Notes: a model not told the origin generated them from the letters alone. Shown: positions 15,901 to 29,164, numbered from the stretch's first letter. The stretch is DNA of 64,000 nucleotides from Diadema antillarum (GCF_040938485.1 NW_027272131.1:62001-126000); one strand, 5' to 3'. Made by a program: numbers and translations.

Positions 15901-18900
15901 AGTGTCAAGGCCACACTCCAGTCCAAGCAAGCATCAGTACACCAGGCACATCACGAGGCGGAGAGCAAGGCAACTAAGGAGGAGAAGGGCAGGAAGCATG
16001 CTCACGACTCCAGTGGAGTGATGGGCAGCATCTCTTCGCTACCCCTCAGCGAGTGGACGAAGCAGCACCGGCTGCCACACGGCCAACAACTGCACAACGA
16101 CGGCATCGGGAAAGGGAAGATCCTTGGGCAGGCGCAGGAGCTATGTGCCAAGCACAATCTCCCCACAGTACCCAAGATACCAAACAACAACCGGTTCTTC
16201 CCACCCTTACTGCAGGAGGCTGATGCGATAGCTGCAGGCTCACTCACTTCCGAGGCGCTGGCGCAGCAGTTCAGCCAGGGTGTACTGACCCAGCAGGGGT
16301 TGGTGACGCCCAACATGTTGGCAGCTCCGGGGGCGGGGCTGCAGCTGCAGAATGCTGGCATTCATATGGCTGATGTACACCACCTCCAACAGCAGCAGCA
16401 ACAGGCACCCAGTGGGGGAAAGAAGAAGAAGAGTCTGAGTGGGGAAGAAGCACTCCCTGCGGAGCCAGTCATCAGGGTACCTGGTGAGTTCATGTCCTGC
16501 ATCTTTTACAAGGTTATACTGCACCCAGAATGGATGTTTAATTGTTGGGAAACAGCAACAACTACAGGATAGGTTACTTTAAAACCAGAAATGTTAGCGT
16601 GCATTTTAATTTCGCGAGAGCCAAGATTCGTAAAATTGAATTACACGCAAACGTTCTTGTCTACACTATATGCATTGAATGCCTGTGGCAATTCGAGAAA
16701 ATTTCATGCTGCGAAAAAGCCACCGGCTCCTATTCGCAAACATTTCATGACACGAAATATCTTGCTTTACAGTATTTGCCCAGAATACAAACTGCAGTCT
16801 TCTGTCAACAGCTGTCCATTTTCATGTGCACAATGTCTGTTGCTGAACATGAGACGACTTAGCATGAATGATCTGCAAACATTTTTACTGATGTTTGTTG
16901 GTTCTTTGATGTCATGCAGATTACCTGAGCGAGCAGCAGCTTCAGCCGTGTTCCCACCACAACCCCATCTCTCACTCCTCCAGCATACTGGGCTCGGGTG
17001 CAGGGTTATGTAGTAGCTCCATGCAGACCGCCAACAGCACCCCAACCTCGGCTAGTGTGTGCAGGTAAGGCATTCTCCCCACTGTCTCCTGCCCACATCC
17101 AAAAGAAATTTGTGTTTGATGTTACTAAAAACTTTCTGTAGAGATCTTTGTTCAAATAAATGTCTATAAGAGTGGGATGGTCCATAAGTATTTCATGATT
17201 GTCGCCTGCAAATTGTAATGATGATATATTGCTTGAGCACAGAAGTGGAAGAAGGAAGATTCTCCTGCATCAAAATAAATTAGTTTCCTGAAGTGCAGAT
17301 TCTTCTGTTATTACCAGAATAGTCAGTTTACTATCAACAATTTTCAGACAAGTAATTTCATTTGCAAAAATGACCAGAGCTCAATGTAATTGGATTAAAA
17401 CTGTCTGCTCAAGTTTTGTGGTTTGCATGTTTTTCAGAGCAGAACTCTTGATAGTCACACGTCAGGTTTGGCCAGCAGGGAGGATTCTTATTTTTTCTCC
17501 AAAGCTATGTATATTAGTCAGAATAAAATTGTCATATTCTGTTCAATCAGAAAATAGTTACTTTTGTGTTTTTCTATGTTAAGGTAGAGAGTGCTTAAGC
17601 AGACCTTGTTGGGCAAACCTCTGTAGAACTGATGATGTATCTCACTGGGCTTTCATGGGCTGCCCAAGGATTTGACGCAATGAACCCAGATTAAAATATC
17701 TTGATCCCGTCCTTCGTGCTCTTTCCCACCCACAGCAGTGAGCCAGACTACGAGACTCCAAACTACACCCAGGAGGAGGACATCCACGATGACAAAGACT
17801 CCAACGCCTCCAGCACCACCAGAGAACGAGAGTCCAAGCACTGCGAATGCTGCTACTGTGAATTCTTCGGGCAAGGGGTAGGTTGCGTCTTTGGTCATTG
17901 CCCACTATCAAATATTGTTCTAACGAAGTAAAAATGGTGTGAGGCAATTGTATTGATAAATTATCTGGCCATCCTTGTGTGTGCCCATTGGCAAACCATG
18001 AGTGATACCAGACTCTTCAGTTGTAGCTGTCCCTTTTTGTTACGGTGGTGGTGAGGGAGTGGGATGGGGACGGTGAGGTGTAGGGACGAGAGTAGTAATG
18101 AAAGTAAAGTGGCGTGGATGACTCTGCACCCTTCTTGTCCTCAAACAACTGTGCAATATTCTGAACTCGGCTGGTGTATGTTGTCATATCTTTCTCAAAG
18201 CTTACCAGACCTGTGTAAATGTGTCATCAGAATCAAGTGGTTCACTGGCATGCTTCTTGACTCCGCCATTCTTCAATGTATTGTCACCAAATTGTCCCCA
18301 AAGTCGAATGTTTGAGTTAGTGGCTATTCAACTTCACTGCATAAATTTCCATTTAATCCAAGATGGAAATCACATTGCACAGCTATGTGTCTCACTCAGC
18401 GTTAGTGTCTGTGTGTTACTTGTTGGTTGCGTCATATTTCCGGCAACATGGCTCAACCTACTGTAGTGGTCCCGTACAGGGAAGTCTTACACAGATATCA
18501 ACGGAGAGAAAGAAATTTGTGGCTTACTTGAAAACTGGAAACATTTGCCGAATGAAACGATTTTGAGCCGACGGCCTTTTTCATGGAATGAAACTTTTGC
18601 AAATTGCCACTGGCATTCAATGCATTATGTAGGAAAAACCTTTCACATGCATTTTACTTTTACGAATTTACTTTTATGAATCTTTCTTTGCAAAATTGGC
18701 AAGAGTTTCACGCATGCAAAATTTCTGGTTTTACAATATATCATCGGAAGCCCACTTGTCGGTGCAATTTTTAGTGTCATAAAACAGACAGGCATTGGAA
18801 TAAAACAGTGTTTCCTGTTAGAAATGAGCCATGTCACGTATACCTTCTTTTAAGAAATGATAATTAGCACATCAAATAACTTAATGTAATGTAATTTGGG

Positions 18901-21900
18901 AAGATCTGGGTAGATGTATGTTATTCAGTTTATCAGAGAGTTGTTACTAACACATCCTTTAATGCTCTACCCTCTTGCAGCCCCAACCTGCACCAACGAG
19001 TCGGAACTACACTGAAATCAGGGACAGACTCCGGCTGAGGCTGAGGGAGAGAAAGGTAAATGAGTCATGGGAGTGATGCACTGAAGTCTAGGGAGCTCTC
19101 GGAGGCACCATCTCATGGATAATTTGTACTGCGTGATGCCACGTGCCAACTAGAAATTTTGCGTTCAATAACCATGGGTTCTGAATTGACACAAGTCTTT
19201 GACTCCTTGAGTGTCCATGTGAGGAGTAATAGAAATTTCGATCATGAGGGCAGTTCTCAATGGAAGTGCAATGTGCATTCACAAGCAGAGTAGAGATTGA
19301 AGAGCCTTTAAGATTTTACTGATAGAATCCAATGTCACCTTAGCTCACAGCTCACAGCATATTGTTCAACAGCAGCCCATCAGATGTGTGGAAGTGTTTC
19401 TCCTTTTAAAGCTCCATGCATCAACTCATCAAGGGCTCGATTGATATTCTTCACAGGGCTTCAATATCTATTCAATATGTAGGTTTCTTGTAGTACTGAT
19501 GCCCAAACAGGAAAGGACAACTTCTAAGTATATATGTCTTGACTCCTTTTGTATACAGATTAGAATTATGATATCTATATACACTGTATATTTATATGAT
19601 TATCTTCTGTGGTAAAGATGGGTTAACAGCCAGACATTAAATTCTTGGAAGATTGTTCTGAAATACAAAGGTACAGATGTTAAGTCATACTTTCTCACCA
19701 ATTTCTCCACATAGCAACCCAAGGACCATTCACCCTCTCACGAACCCGTCAGGCCTCCACCGGCCACGGAACTGCTGCAGAACGACGACCGCACTGTGGA
19801 GGATTTGCTCTCGTTCATTGAGGGCGCCAAAAAGAGCAAGAGTAACTCTAAGGCGGCCAAGCGGCAGAGGCAGAGACAGAGAAAGGTGAGTTACAGGAGA
19901 CCATGGACAAATACCCATTTAGTATGGAATTCTACTTAATATCATGAGACGAGTCTTACAGTTTTCACATGCGCATACATCAGGAAGAGTGTCTTGTTGA
20001 TGTAGAGACTTTGTGAGTGTCATGGAATTCTGCGCTGACCACTCTCCACTGGTTATACTGCCAATGTAACGATGTACATCTGGAATGACTTAATGTGCCA
20101 GGGTGATTGGGATAAACCTGTTTTGCCTTTTGTTCTAACATGTATGCGTATGGGATGCACCACATCACCATGCTGTTTGATGGGTGTGAAGTGGGAATGT
20201 GTGTGTATTGTGTTCATTTCCTGTCTGAGGTGTGGAGTGTTTTGCACCCTAAAAGAGGGAATGGCATGATAATGTACAACATGCTCAGCTACACTTGATT
20301 GATTAGACGTGATTGATTCTTTAAGACTTGATTAATATTTAAGCACTTGCCCAATTTGATTCCCTGAATAACTTGCATGAAAAATACATGTCCATTACAT
20401 CATGCGATATGAACTCTCATGTCTGTAAATTTTAAATGTCTCTCTTTGTCACAGGCTGAGGAGAAAGCTAAGCATGTGCCCGACAATGGTCACAAAAACC
20501 CAGTCCATGTTCCAGTGTCTCTCCACCACCATCACCACCATCACCATCACCACCATGTAGAGGTGACGAGAGAGAAGCAGCTGGATGCTGTACGTCACAA
20601 CACCAACTGCAAACTACAGCAGCAGCAGCAGCAACAACAGACAGAGGCACCATCACCACTTCCGCAACACCAAGCAGCGAAGCAGGCTGCACCTCACCAA
20701 CCTGTGGTAGCATCTCTCCACCAGCCTACAGCCTCGTCATCTACCACACCAACCACATCCTCGGCATTGCCAAGACCATCAGCTGCATCCTCCAAGACCA
20801 AACCAGCCCCATCTGCACCATCACTGGAAAGTCAGGGTAAAGCCAAAACAGACAATTCCAAGAAAAAAGTGAAAGGTACAGGTTTGACCGCGCCCCAGTC
20901 GTCGAGCGACGCCGGCACGCCCTCAAATGCAGGCACGAGGAATTTGGAGAGCAAGTCCAAAGGAAAGCAGAATGGGGCAGGAAAGCAAGGACCGTCGTTA
21001 GTCCAGGCGGTTGATTTATCGATGGCTGTGGACCGGGCGAAGGAGGAGCAGGAAAGGATCCAGAACCAAGAGTGCATCAAGTCCCAAGTGAGGCGCGAGA
21101 GGAGCAACGGAACCAAACAAGTGGGGCAACAGGAGCCACCCAAGCCCCTGGCACAGCCACAGCAGCAGAAGCAGCAGCAGGCACAGAGGGAGAAGGGTGA
21201 CAAGTCCACCAAAGTAGAGGAGAGCAGTACGTGGAAGACTGTTGCTGCCCAGGAAAAGCGTCTCAACGGCAGTGCTGGCGACAATCACCGTTCCAACGTT
21301 GTCAGCACTAAGAACAGTAATGGTAAAAACAAGCAGAATGGCATCGGCGTTGCCAGGAGTGATGACCCTCAACAGAGGAAGGCCAACGCCGTCAAATCTC
21401 TGCAGGGACAAGGTTCCCAGAATGGCACAAACATGCACAACCATAAGACGGGACATGCCACCGTTGCCAAGAGGGCGAGCACTGGCTCCCTGTCAAACAC
21501 CACCAGGGAGCAGGTGCAGCAGAAGGGGGATGCAATACAGGCAAAGTCCGCGGGCAAGAAACTTGAAAATAACCATCACACCAAGCTGGACGTGCAGCCT
21601 TCACAGAATGGAAGCAGCCAGGAACCACTGACCAATGGGACTGCTGTATCCAATGGCAACGGCACCACTAGCAAGAGGAGGAAGAAGAAGAAGAACTCCT
21701 CTGACAACCCCAATGCATCCATCGGTGAGTATTCATCTCATCTCAAAATACAGGAAAGGCAAAATGAAATCATCAGCAGGTTAAGAGCACTAGAATCCTT
21801 AATCTTGACTTCTCTGTCTTAGAAGGTCATGACAGACCTGAATATTCTTCAGTTAGAATCCAATGAAGATGCTAGTAATATTGACTTTAGACAAGCATGT

Positions 21901-23336
21901 TTAGTCTTTCATATGAACCCTGAATGGGTGGGATACCTCAAACTTTCTGTGGCTGTAAGAATTCATTGTAAAGGAATTGTTTTAGTGACTTAATTGTATA
22001 TCGTATGACCTTGGCGTTGTTTGACAACCGGGCAGGCAGTCATATTTTCTGTCTTGTTGAAATATATGCTACCCCAGGTGTTCAGACTTCTAAGGGTTAA
22101 ATTCTCACATGCCAAGCTCTCAAAAAATGTCTAGAGATAGAAGTAAATTGTTATGATATATGGTAGTTCTGAACCAGAAGGGAATAAAACCCTGCATGAA
22201 ATCTGTGAATGTTGCACGCTTCCGCCTCTCAACCCAGATGTAATTTAACAAGCGTTTGTGCCTCTTCTTTCAACAGATGAGATCTTTCTCCCAAAAGAGA
22301 ATGTGGACATGAACGAAATGGATGAGACAGAGAGAGAATTGGAGGCATTCAAGAGGTGAGAATTCTCAGAATTCCTAAATAATGTTTGCCCAAGCAATAA
22401 AACAAGTCTCTCAAAAACCTAGAACATTTTCTTGCAAATTTAGCCAACCTGTTTGCCAGTTTTCTGAGTAACAAATTGATCTGGACCCTGTCTTTTACGT
22501 GAGCATTTGCTTTGTGGAAGTATTCAATTATGAAGACATCCTACACGAGAGCTGCCAAGTCTGTATGATCATACAGGAGGCTTCCTGAAAAGACAAAAAC
22601 AAGAGACAATCTCTTTACATTTTGACAAAGATCACAAAGTCTCCCCGACTTCAGAGGTATTTTTAATATACTTCTTGTAACACAGAAGTGTCTCCCTGGT
22701 TGCATCTCTGAATCTCACTCAATTTGATGTGTGAATAGAGGCCGTCGTGCTTAATAAGGCCGACTGTCACTGGATGCTGAAAGATTTTGTCCCAAAGTCA
22801 TATCAGATCAAGATGTGGAAAGTTCTGTGGATATGTGCCAGATTTTTTTTTTTTTGTTGTTGTTGTTGTTGAATACACTGAATAAACTTAGCATTCATGC
22901 CAGGAAATGATTTGGAGGCTGGCCATATTGAATTTCAAGTGTGGAAGTTATTCCTTGGATGATTTTGAACTATTTTAGCATATTGTTTACACTTTACAAA
23001 ATGCCACAATACAACCCCGCTTGCTCCCTCTGCAAGAGTCAGTTTCATTAACTACGAGGATGAAAACATTCCAGGGCAGTAACGAGTCAGCAAGTATCTC
23101 ATTTCTTGTGCTCTGCTGAAGCAGTCTTCATAGATCAAAAAGGTTATGTTGTGAGCAATCTGTGTGTGATGGAGAGAACCAAACTAAGGAAGATGTTCAC
23201 TTTTTTTTCATCTCTCTTTCTTCATTCTTTCTCTATCAGATTCTGCCTGGCCTCCACTCCCCAGCAGCACAAAGAGAAAGTGGTCTTCAATGTCAAGGAC
23301 CTAGCGCTGAAGAAGAGCAGCCTACAGGCCCACTGA
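949..23336 (+). CDS. FAM193A: FAM193 family protein (FAM193A/B-like), about 1,590 aa visible; 5' end may lie upstream of the window
   Basis: GT-AG exons with consistent phases: 949-1101, 3360-3446, 5363-5693, 7051-7316, 7851-8035, 9063-9150, 10952-11157, 11888-12136, 12978-13203, 15478-16483, 16920-17064, 17736-17877, 18981-19055, 19715-19885, 20455-21724, 22277-22355, 23240-23336 (TGA). Recognisable FAM193 motifs: LWLCPNCQR, CEPCRERRE, HKFNLTWPLHNKHLF, CECCYCEFFG, PAPTSRNYTEIRDRLRLRL, DRTVEDLLSFI, and C-terminal DEIFLPK...MDETERELEAFKRFCL. The first visible exon begins at an acceptor; an in-frame ATG is at 961. A versus B paralog assignment is not meaningful for an invertebrate. Confidence 0.9.
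1421..1660. mobile_element. 240-bp CGCGAA-rich MITE (family A) in a FAM193 intron
   Basis: Termini CTGTATGCGCC / GGCGTATACAG-TA; reverse-complement copy at 36573-36812. Confidence 0.85.
8379..8715. mobile_element. Palindromic non-autonomous element of unknown superfamily
   Basis: TATTGACCAATTC / GAATCGGTCAATA ends plus inner IR GCAGCCATGAGGTGTCTCAGCTGACCCCCC / GGGGGGTCGGCTAAGACACCGCGTAATGGCGCTGC. Confidence 0.6.
9197..9576. mobile_element. Palindromic TTAA-target (Kolobok-like) MITE
   Basis: TTAA-AGGGAGGGTATAGT...ACTATACCATCCCT-TTCA; central hairpin GATCCTAATAAAAG...CTTTTATTAGGATC. Confidence 0.7.
12555..12915. mobile_element. TTAA-target (Kolobok-like) MITE
   Basis: TTAA-AGGCATAATTTACCATTT...AAAGGTAAACAGGACCT-TTAA. 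Confidence 0.6.
13295..13452. mobile_element. Palindromic PIF/Harbinger-like MITE
   Basis: GGGGGGTGTTTCATAAAGCTGTTCT...AGAACAGCTTTATGAAACCCCCC; long arm complementarity including GTTACGAATGACT / AGTCATTCGTAAC. Confidence 0.7.
13536..14535 (+). mobile_element. Helentron-associated (HINE/DINE-1-like) non-autonomous rolling-circle element
   Basis: T-run start, subterminal IRs ATGCCTCCGCC (13541) / GGCGGAGGCAT (14497), (CCGT)n microsatellite, repeated AAGGTCA motifs, 3' stem-loop GTCGC-CGTA-GCGAT, then CTAGTT. A 5' stub of the same family is at about 25786-25812. Confidence 0.75.
16577..16772 (+). mobile_element. MITE family C copy (CTGTAAAACCAG...TTTACAG)
   Basis: Shares the core TATGCATTGAATGCC and AAAATTTCATG with other copies in the window; TA flanks. 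Confidence 0.8.
18520..18736 (-). mobile_element. MITE family C copy, decayed, reverse orientation
   Basis: GGCATTCAATGCAT core and TTTCTGGTTTTACAATA end; 5' boundary approximate. Confidence 0.65.
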
Positions 23337-26164
23337 GCCCAGCCCCCGAGTGTTACCATTCCACGTCCACCGTGACACAAAGAACTCTAAACTCCCGTAA
23401 CATACACAACACTTGCATATGATTTGGGTTCTTATCTGATTAGATGTGACTTTTGTGTCTGCTCATACAAATCGAAAGATTACAGGCCTCAAGAAATTAA
23501 TACAAAGCTGCCTAATTGCGTGGATGTTGCTATCAACAGTGTTAGAAGTCTGAATAGGATGTTTATCACTGTCAAGATGAATGTAAGCACCGTTTGTCTC
23601 TATGAATTACTTGCGCATGGCCAAAGAGATTAGTTTGCAATGACATTTGAAATTGAGGATCAACACCAAAAACTTGACAATAGTGCAGTTATACACTTTT
23701 GGTGGAGCACTTTGGCGAATTACTGTGGTAATTGTAAGTGTAACATGAATTTTGTGGTAAAAAGAGTTTCACGGAAGGGAACTTTAAGGATTTTTCAACA
23801 GGTAACCTTCAGTCTCCTAGCTTGCAAGTCAGATAGACATGTCCCATAACAATCACAGTCCAGAAGATTGCAAATGGGTGTGCCCTGTGTTTGTGTTGTG
23901 TGAAGGCACAAAAAAAAAAAAAATATTGCAGAGATGAAGATGTTACCAACAGACAAAGCCTGCAATGATACGTGGAATTGATGATGATGAGTTGATGTCA
24001 TGACAGGGTAGGAATGGAGAAACAGTAAAGTATGAGAGGATGCTTGTGGGAATGATGGCAGTTTCACTGAAAGGAAGAAGAACTGAAAGGAAGAAGAATT
24101 AAAAGGAATGAAATCACCGGCAAGGACAAATCTTGATTCTCACACTCACAAGACCAGGTTTGAGTGCTCAATGGGACTTCGTATTTGCAGTAGGGAAAAT
24201 TGATGTTCCATTTGAATGTTAAGTGTATGTGAATACACATGTGCACTGAACTTTGTGACAACTGGATTTCTTTTTTTATTTCTTCCTTTTATCTCCCTTT
24301 ACGTAACAGTGCTTGAAGCCAATGCATTCAAGTTGTGCTTTGATTAGAATACTTGTACCTTTTTTTTTTTTGGAGGGGGGGGGGGACTAAAAAAAATAGA
24401 GGGAAGTTTGGAAGAACTCAAACCATTGGTAAGCAGAGCTTGTGAATGTTGCCAGGGTGTGGTGTGCTGCCTGTTACGTGAAAAAAAGAATATACTGCAG
24501 ATAGCATCTCATGTGGTGTGGCATCTGGAACTTGGGCTGCACTAGACCATATAGTGATGTATGCAACAGTTTGAAGTAATTTTGCAGTTACTGGTTACAA
24601 AACGCAGTATACGGCTGCTTGCATTGTCGTATGGGGTGATAGACCTTTCTTTGTTACTGCTTTCCAAATATCTGATCAACCCACTTTTACTGTCAAAGAA
24701 ATCGCGCAGAAAAAGAATAGATGACCAGGAGCAATTCATTGACTTGAAGATTTAGATCGGCAAGGCTTCTCCGAGAAGAGTGCAAGGTAAATGTCTATAA
24801 CCTCCCGAGATTTACAATAAACAGAAAGGACTTCATGGAAGAAAAGTGATGGATTTGTGTTGGACTGTACAGTTTGATCCGTGATGTGAGGTTGTCTTTT
24901 GCAAAGATGGCAGTGTGTGTTTGCGGGATGTATGCAACTTTATTCATGCGGGCTCGATTTTGAATTTGAAGTTTTCGCAGTGGCTTACAATCTGGCATCA
25001 CTCAGTAATGAGACTGAGGAATTCGTTTGGTATTTATTATTTTTTACATGAAAAGTGCATGATTTTTTTGAGAATTTAAATATGTGACGAGAGTAAAGTA
25101 ATGGAAGAAAAAAAAAACCCTTAACTTTGGAAGCAACTTTTAAAAACAGTTATTCTTATTTTGTGAAGTGGGGTGGATTTTAAAAGGAAATGTTCGAAAA
25201 GAAGAAAAAGTATAAAATGTTTGCATCTTATTATTTAATGAAAAATTTGAACATGTAGAGTATGAAAGCAATGATTGCATTGTGTTGGAGTACTTCAGAA
25301 GTGTTATGGTGGGACTTGTCGTTTTCTGACAGCTGTCATTTTGTGCTATGCAGGAAGTTGAAGAGAACGGAGGATTGTTACCAGTGGCATGGAAAATTTT
25401 GCCATTTTGGGTGTGGTCGAAGTGTGTTAACATTTATATATTTTTCTGTTACTTGTTGCGTGAAGAAAATGCAAGGATTGTATCTGTGAAGTGACGGAAA
25501 TGCGGATCCTGTTGGTTCTCCTGGGTCATAGCAAGATCAGGGAATCGCCGAGACGAGTTCTGCTCGAAGTTTTCTTCTGTCCCTCGATAAATTTGTAGTG
25601 TGGTTTAGAAAATACAGGAACTGAAAGGAAAAAGGAAAAAAAAATGCGTTTATTACTGATGCGGAAAAAATTCCAGTGCATATTAGCCATTTTCATGATA
25701 TGTAAACAAATGCTAACAAAAAATAAAACATTGATATTGCAATGATGATCCACATTGTTTCTCTGACTCTTTGTTTTTATGCCTCCGCCACGAAGTGTCG
25801 CCAGAGGCATTATTTGCCAAATGTTTCTCGGACTCTTTGTGTTTTGCCAGAGAAATCAGTGGTGTGCTGAGGAGAACATGAATTCAGATATCTTGCTGCT
25901 CAAGAGAGGAGAGAATATGATGAGACACCAATAATCCCATACCTTCATACATATTTGGATGTGAAATATATATGTACTGTAAAAGTGGATTATTTTCGCG
26001 GGACTAATTCTTCGCGCTCTGCCATGTAAGATGAGTTTTGTGTGTTAATTCCGCGGAATCAAGACATCAATCACTGGAACATATGGCAAGCAAAAATATC
26101 TGTGTGCTTTTTAGTCTGGGTGCCAGAGGCTGAACCTTGTTTTACCGTCCACCCAATGTTTTTT

Positions 26165-27960
26165 GATGGTTTTACCCTATTTCGGGGATGCTGAATCCGA
26201 ATCCGGATGATGCAACTCTTGCATCCTTGAGGGTTTTGAGATATTCAAGATGGCCGCCAAGATGGCCGCCAAAACCAGAAATTCCCACGTATTTCCTTCT
26301 AAATGGTGATATATTGAAAACAAGTGATGGTTTTACCCTATGTCGAGGGTGCTGAATCCGAATCCGGATGATGCAACTCCTACATCCTTGAGGGTTTTGA
26401 GATATTCAAGATGGCCGCCAAAATGGCCACCAAAACCGAAAATTCCCACGTATTTCTTTCTAAGTGGTGTGAAATTGAAAAGAATTGATGATTCTCCCTA
26501 TTTGGAAGGTGCTGAATCCGAATCTGGATGATGCAACTCTTGCATCCTTGAAGTTTTTGAGATATTTAAGATGGCCGCCAAAATGGCCGCCAATCAAAAC
26601 CGGAAATTCCCATGTATTTCCTTCTAACTGTTGAGAAATTAAAAACAATTGATGGTTTTACCCTATTTCGAGGGTGCTGAATCCGAATCTGGATGATGCA
26701 ACTCTTGCATCCATGAAGTTTTAGAGATATTCAAGATGGCCGCCAAAATGGCCGCCAATTAAAACCGGAAATTCTCACGTATTTCCTTCTACATGTTGAG
26801 AAATTAAAAATAATTGATGGTTTTACCCTATTTCGAGGGTGCTGAATCCGAATCTGGATGATGCAACTCTTGCATCCATGAAGTTTTAGAGATATTCAAG
26901 ATGGCCGCCAAAATGGCCGCCAATTAAAAAAGGAAATTCCCACGTATTTCCTTCTAAATAGTGAGATGTTGAAAACAATTGATGGTTTTACCCTATTTCG
27001 AGGGTGCTGAATCCGAATCTGGATGATGCAACTCTTACATCCTTGAAGATTTTGAGATATTCAATATGGCCGCCAAAATGGCCACCAAAACCGAAAATTC
27101 CCACGTATCTCCTTCTAAATGGTGAGAAATTGAAAACAATTGATGGTTTTACCCTATTTCGAGGGTGCTGAATCAGAATCTAGATGGTGCAACCCCTGCA
27201 TTGTTGAAGATTTTGAGATATTCAATATGGCCGTTAAAATGGCCGCCCAAAACGGAAGTTCCCATGTATTTCCTTCTAAATGGTGACAATTTGAAAGCAA
27301 TTGCTAGTTTTTATCTTATTTTGAGTGTGCTGAATCCGAAGCTCAGGATACAACTCTTGCATCCTTAAGGGTTTTGAGATGATAAAGATGGTCGCCAAAA
27401 ATGACCGCGAAAAACGGAAATTCATATGTAGACCCCCTATTTCCTTCTAAATGGTGTAAAATATAAAACAGTTGGTGGTTTTACACTATTTTGAGTTTGC
27501 TGAATTTGAAGCTCCAGTATAAAGCTCTTACTTCCTTGAGGGTTTTGAGATAATAAAGATGGCCGCCAGAATGGCCCCTAAATGGCTGTCAAAAACGAAA
27601 ATTTCCATGTAAGCCCTATATTACCTTCTAAATGGTGTAAAATTGAAAACAATTGGCGGTTTTACTCTATTTCGAGAGTGCTGAATCCGAACCTGGTTGA
27701 TGCAACTTTCGTGTTCTTTTTTAAGGGTTTTGAGATGTCCAAGATGACCGCCAAAATAACTGTCAAAAATTGGTAAATTTTAGGCCCTATTCAGCACCCT
27801 CGAAACTTGGTTGTTGAAATTCGTCCAGTCTTTAGGGTTTTTAGACGTCCAAGATGACAGCCAAAATAAGTGGCAGAAATTCCAATGTTAATATATTTTT
27901 TCTTAATGGTAAAAATTTTAAAATAAATTGATGGTCTTACCCTATTTCGAGGGTGCTGAA
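26165..27960 (+). repeat. Tandem array of a ~161-165 bp unit (about 10 units plus degenerate remnants), left arm of the transposon
   Basis: Unit GATGGTTTTACCCTATTTCGAGGGTGCTGAATCCGAATC...AAGATGGCCGCCAAAATGGCCGCC... starts at about 26165, 26326, 26487, 26651, 26816, 26981, 27142, 27303, 27474, 27655. Divergence rises toward the element centre. Confidence 0.95.
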
Positions 27961-29164
27961 GGTCTTTGAAGGTTTTCGGACATCTATAAATGTCCTGTAT
28001 GAACAGAAACTCCTTAACATGTTCTTATACTGAAATGGTGCAGTATTGTGCTCCAACGCGAAGCGGGATATTAAACCCATGCAGGGTGAAAACCAATAAT
28101 TCGTATTCTTGAATTCAACTCAGTTGAGCGAATTTGTCAAATCAGCCAAAATTTATTGACAGTCAAAATGACTGTCACAATGGTATTGTAATATACTGAG
28201 ACATTCCGATATGTCTCAAACGGAACTTTAACACGTACTGGAAAAAAAAGTGATATTGACATCATACTGAAACGTACAAACGCAAAGAAAGATACGACTG
28301 AAAATGTCTTTATGCATAATTGTTATGAAATAATGCTTGTGGTCGCCAATAATATGGCTCCATAGATGTAAAGTTAATCCTTTTCGGCTATCAATAGAGC
28401 AAAATTAAATTATGGCATGTTGGTATTTGGTGTTGAAACTTGTCTTGTATTCTGACGAGTCTCGCCTCGTATTCTTGTGAAACTTGTCGCATATTCTGAT
28501 TAGGTCATTGGAAATGGTTGCATCCATGACCACTATATAGCAGATATCAATAAGGGTAATTTCAAAAGCACTCTGCGCGATTATGATATTCATAAGTACT
28601 GGATTATCAACTATTACCTTCCATGTTGTTGTTTGATTTTTATTTAGTTTTTTTTTTCACGGCGCGTTACCTGGTGATTTGTACGTCCCCTCGTGTGTGT
28701 TTGTAATAGATTATATATACATAATTATATACATATACACATACATAATGTTACATCATATTGAAGAAAAAATTGAAGCATAACAATAAAAATTTCCCAC
28801 TCGTGTCTTCATCAATGTCATCAAGACCACCAATATAAACCAAATAACCAATTTGAGTGTTCATGGATAAAGAGATTAAAACTGCTCATGGATTAAGGCA
28901 GGTAATGTTGGGTAATTTCAGTACACTTCTCTACATCACTATCACAATATGATTTAGATGAACATGTCTTGTCCATTAATTGTTAGTGTTCAAAACTTAT
29001 CCATTATATGTGGAGGAAACAGTGTAATCTTGCAATTATTCAACCGCATCTGTAGTCTTGAAGGGTTAATTGCTGGCACACTTGTATCGTACCAACTCAA
29101 AGATATCCAGTAGAGCTGGTTTCACTGTATATACAGCAAGTTCAAACTGTGCCATTGACGAAAA

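Noticed and set aside
15646-21628. Multiple overlapping minus-strand ORFs
   Set aside because: They are antisense shadows of the GC-rich FAM193 exons 10 and 15.
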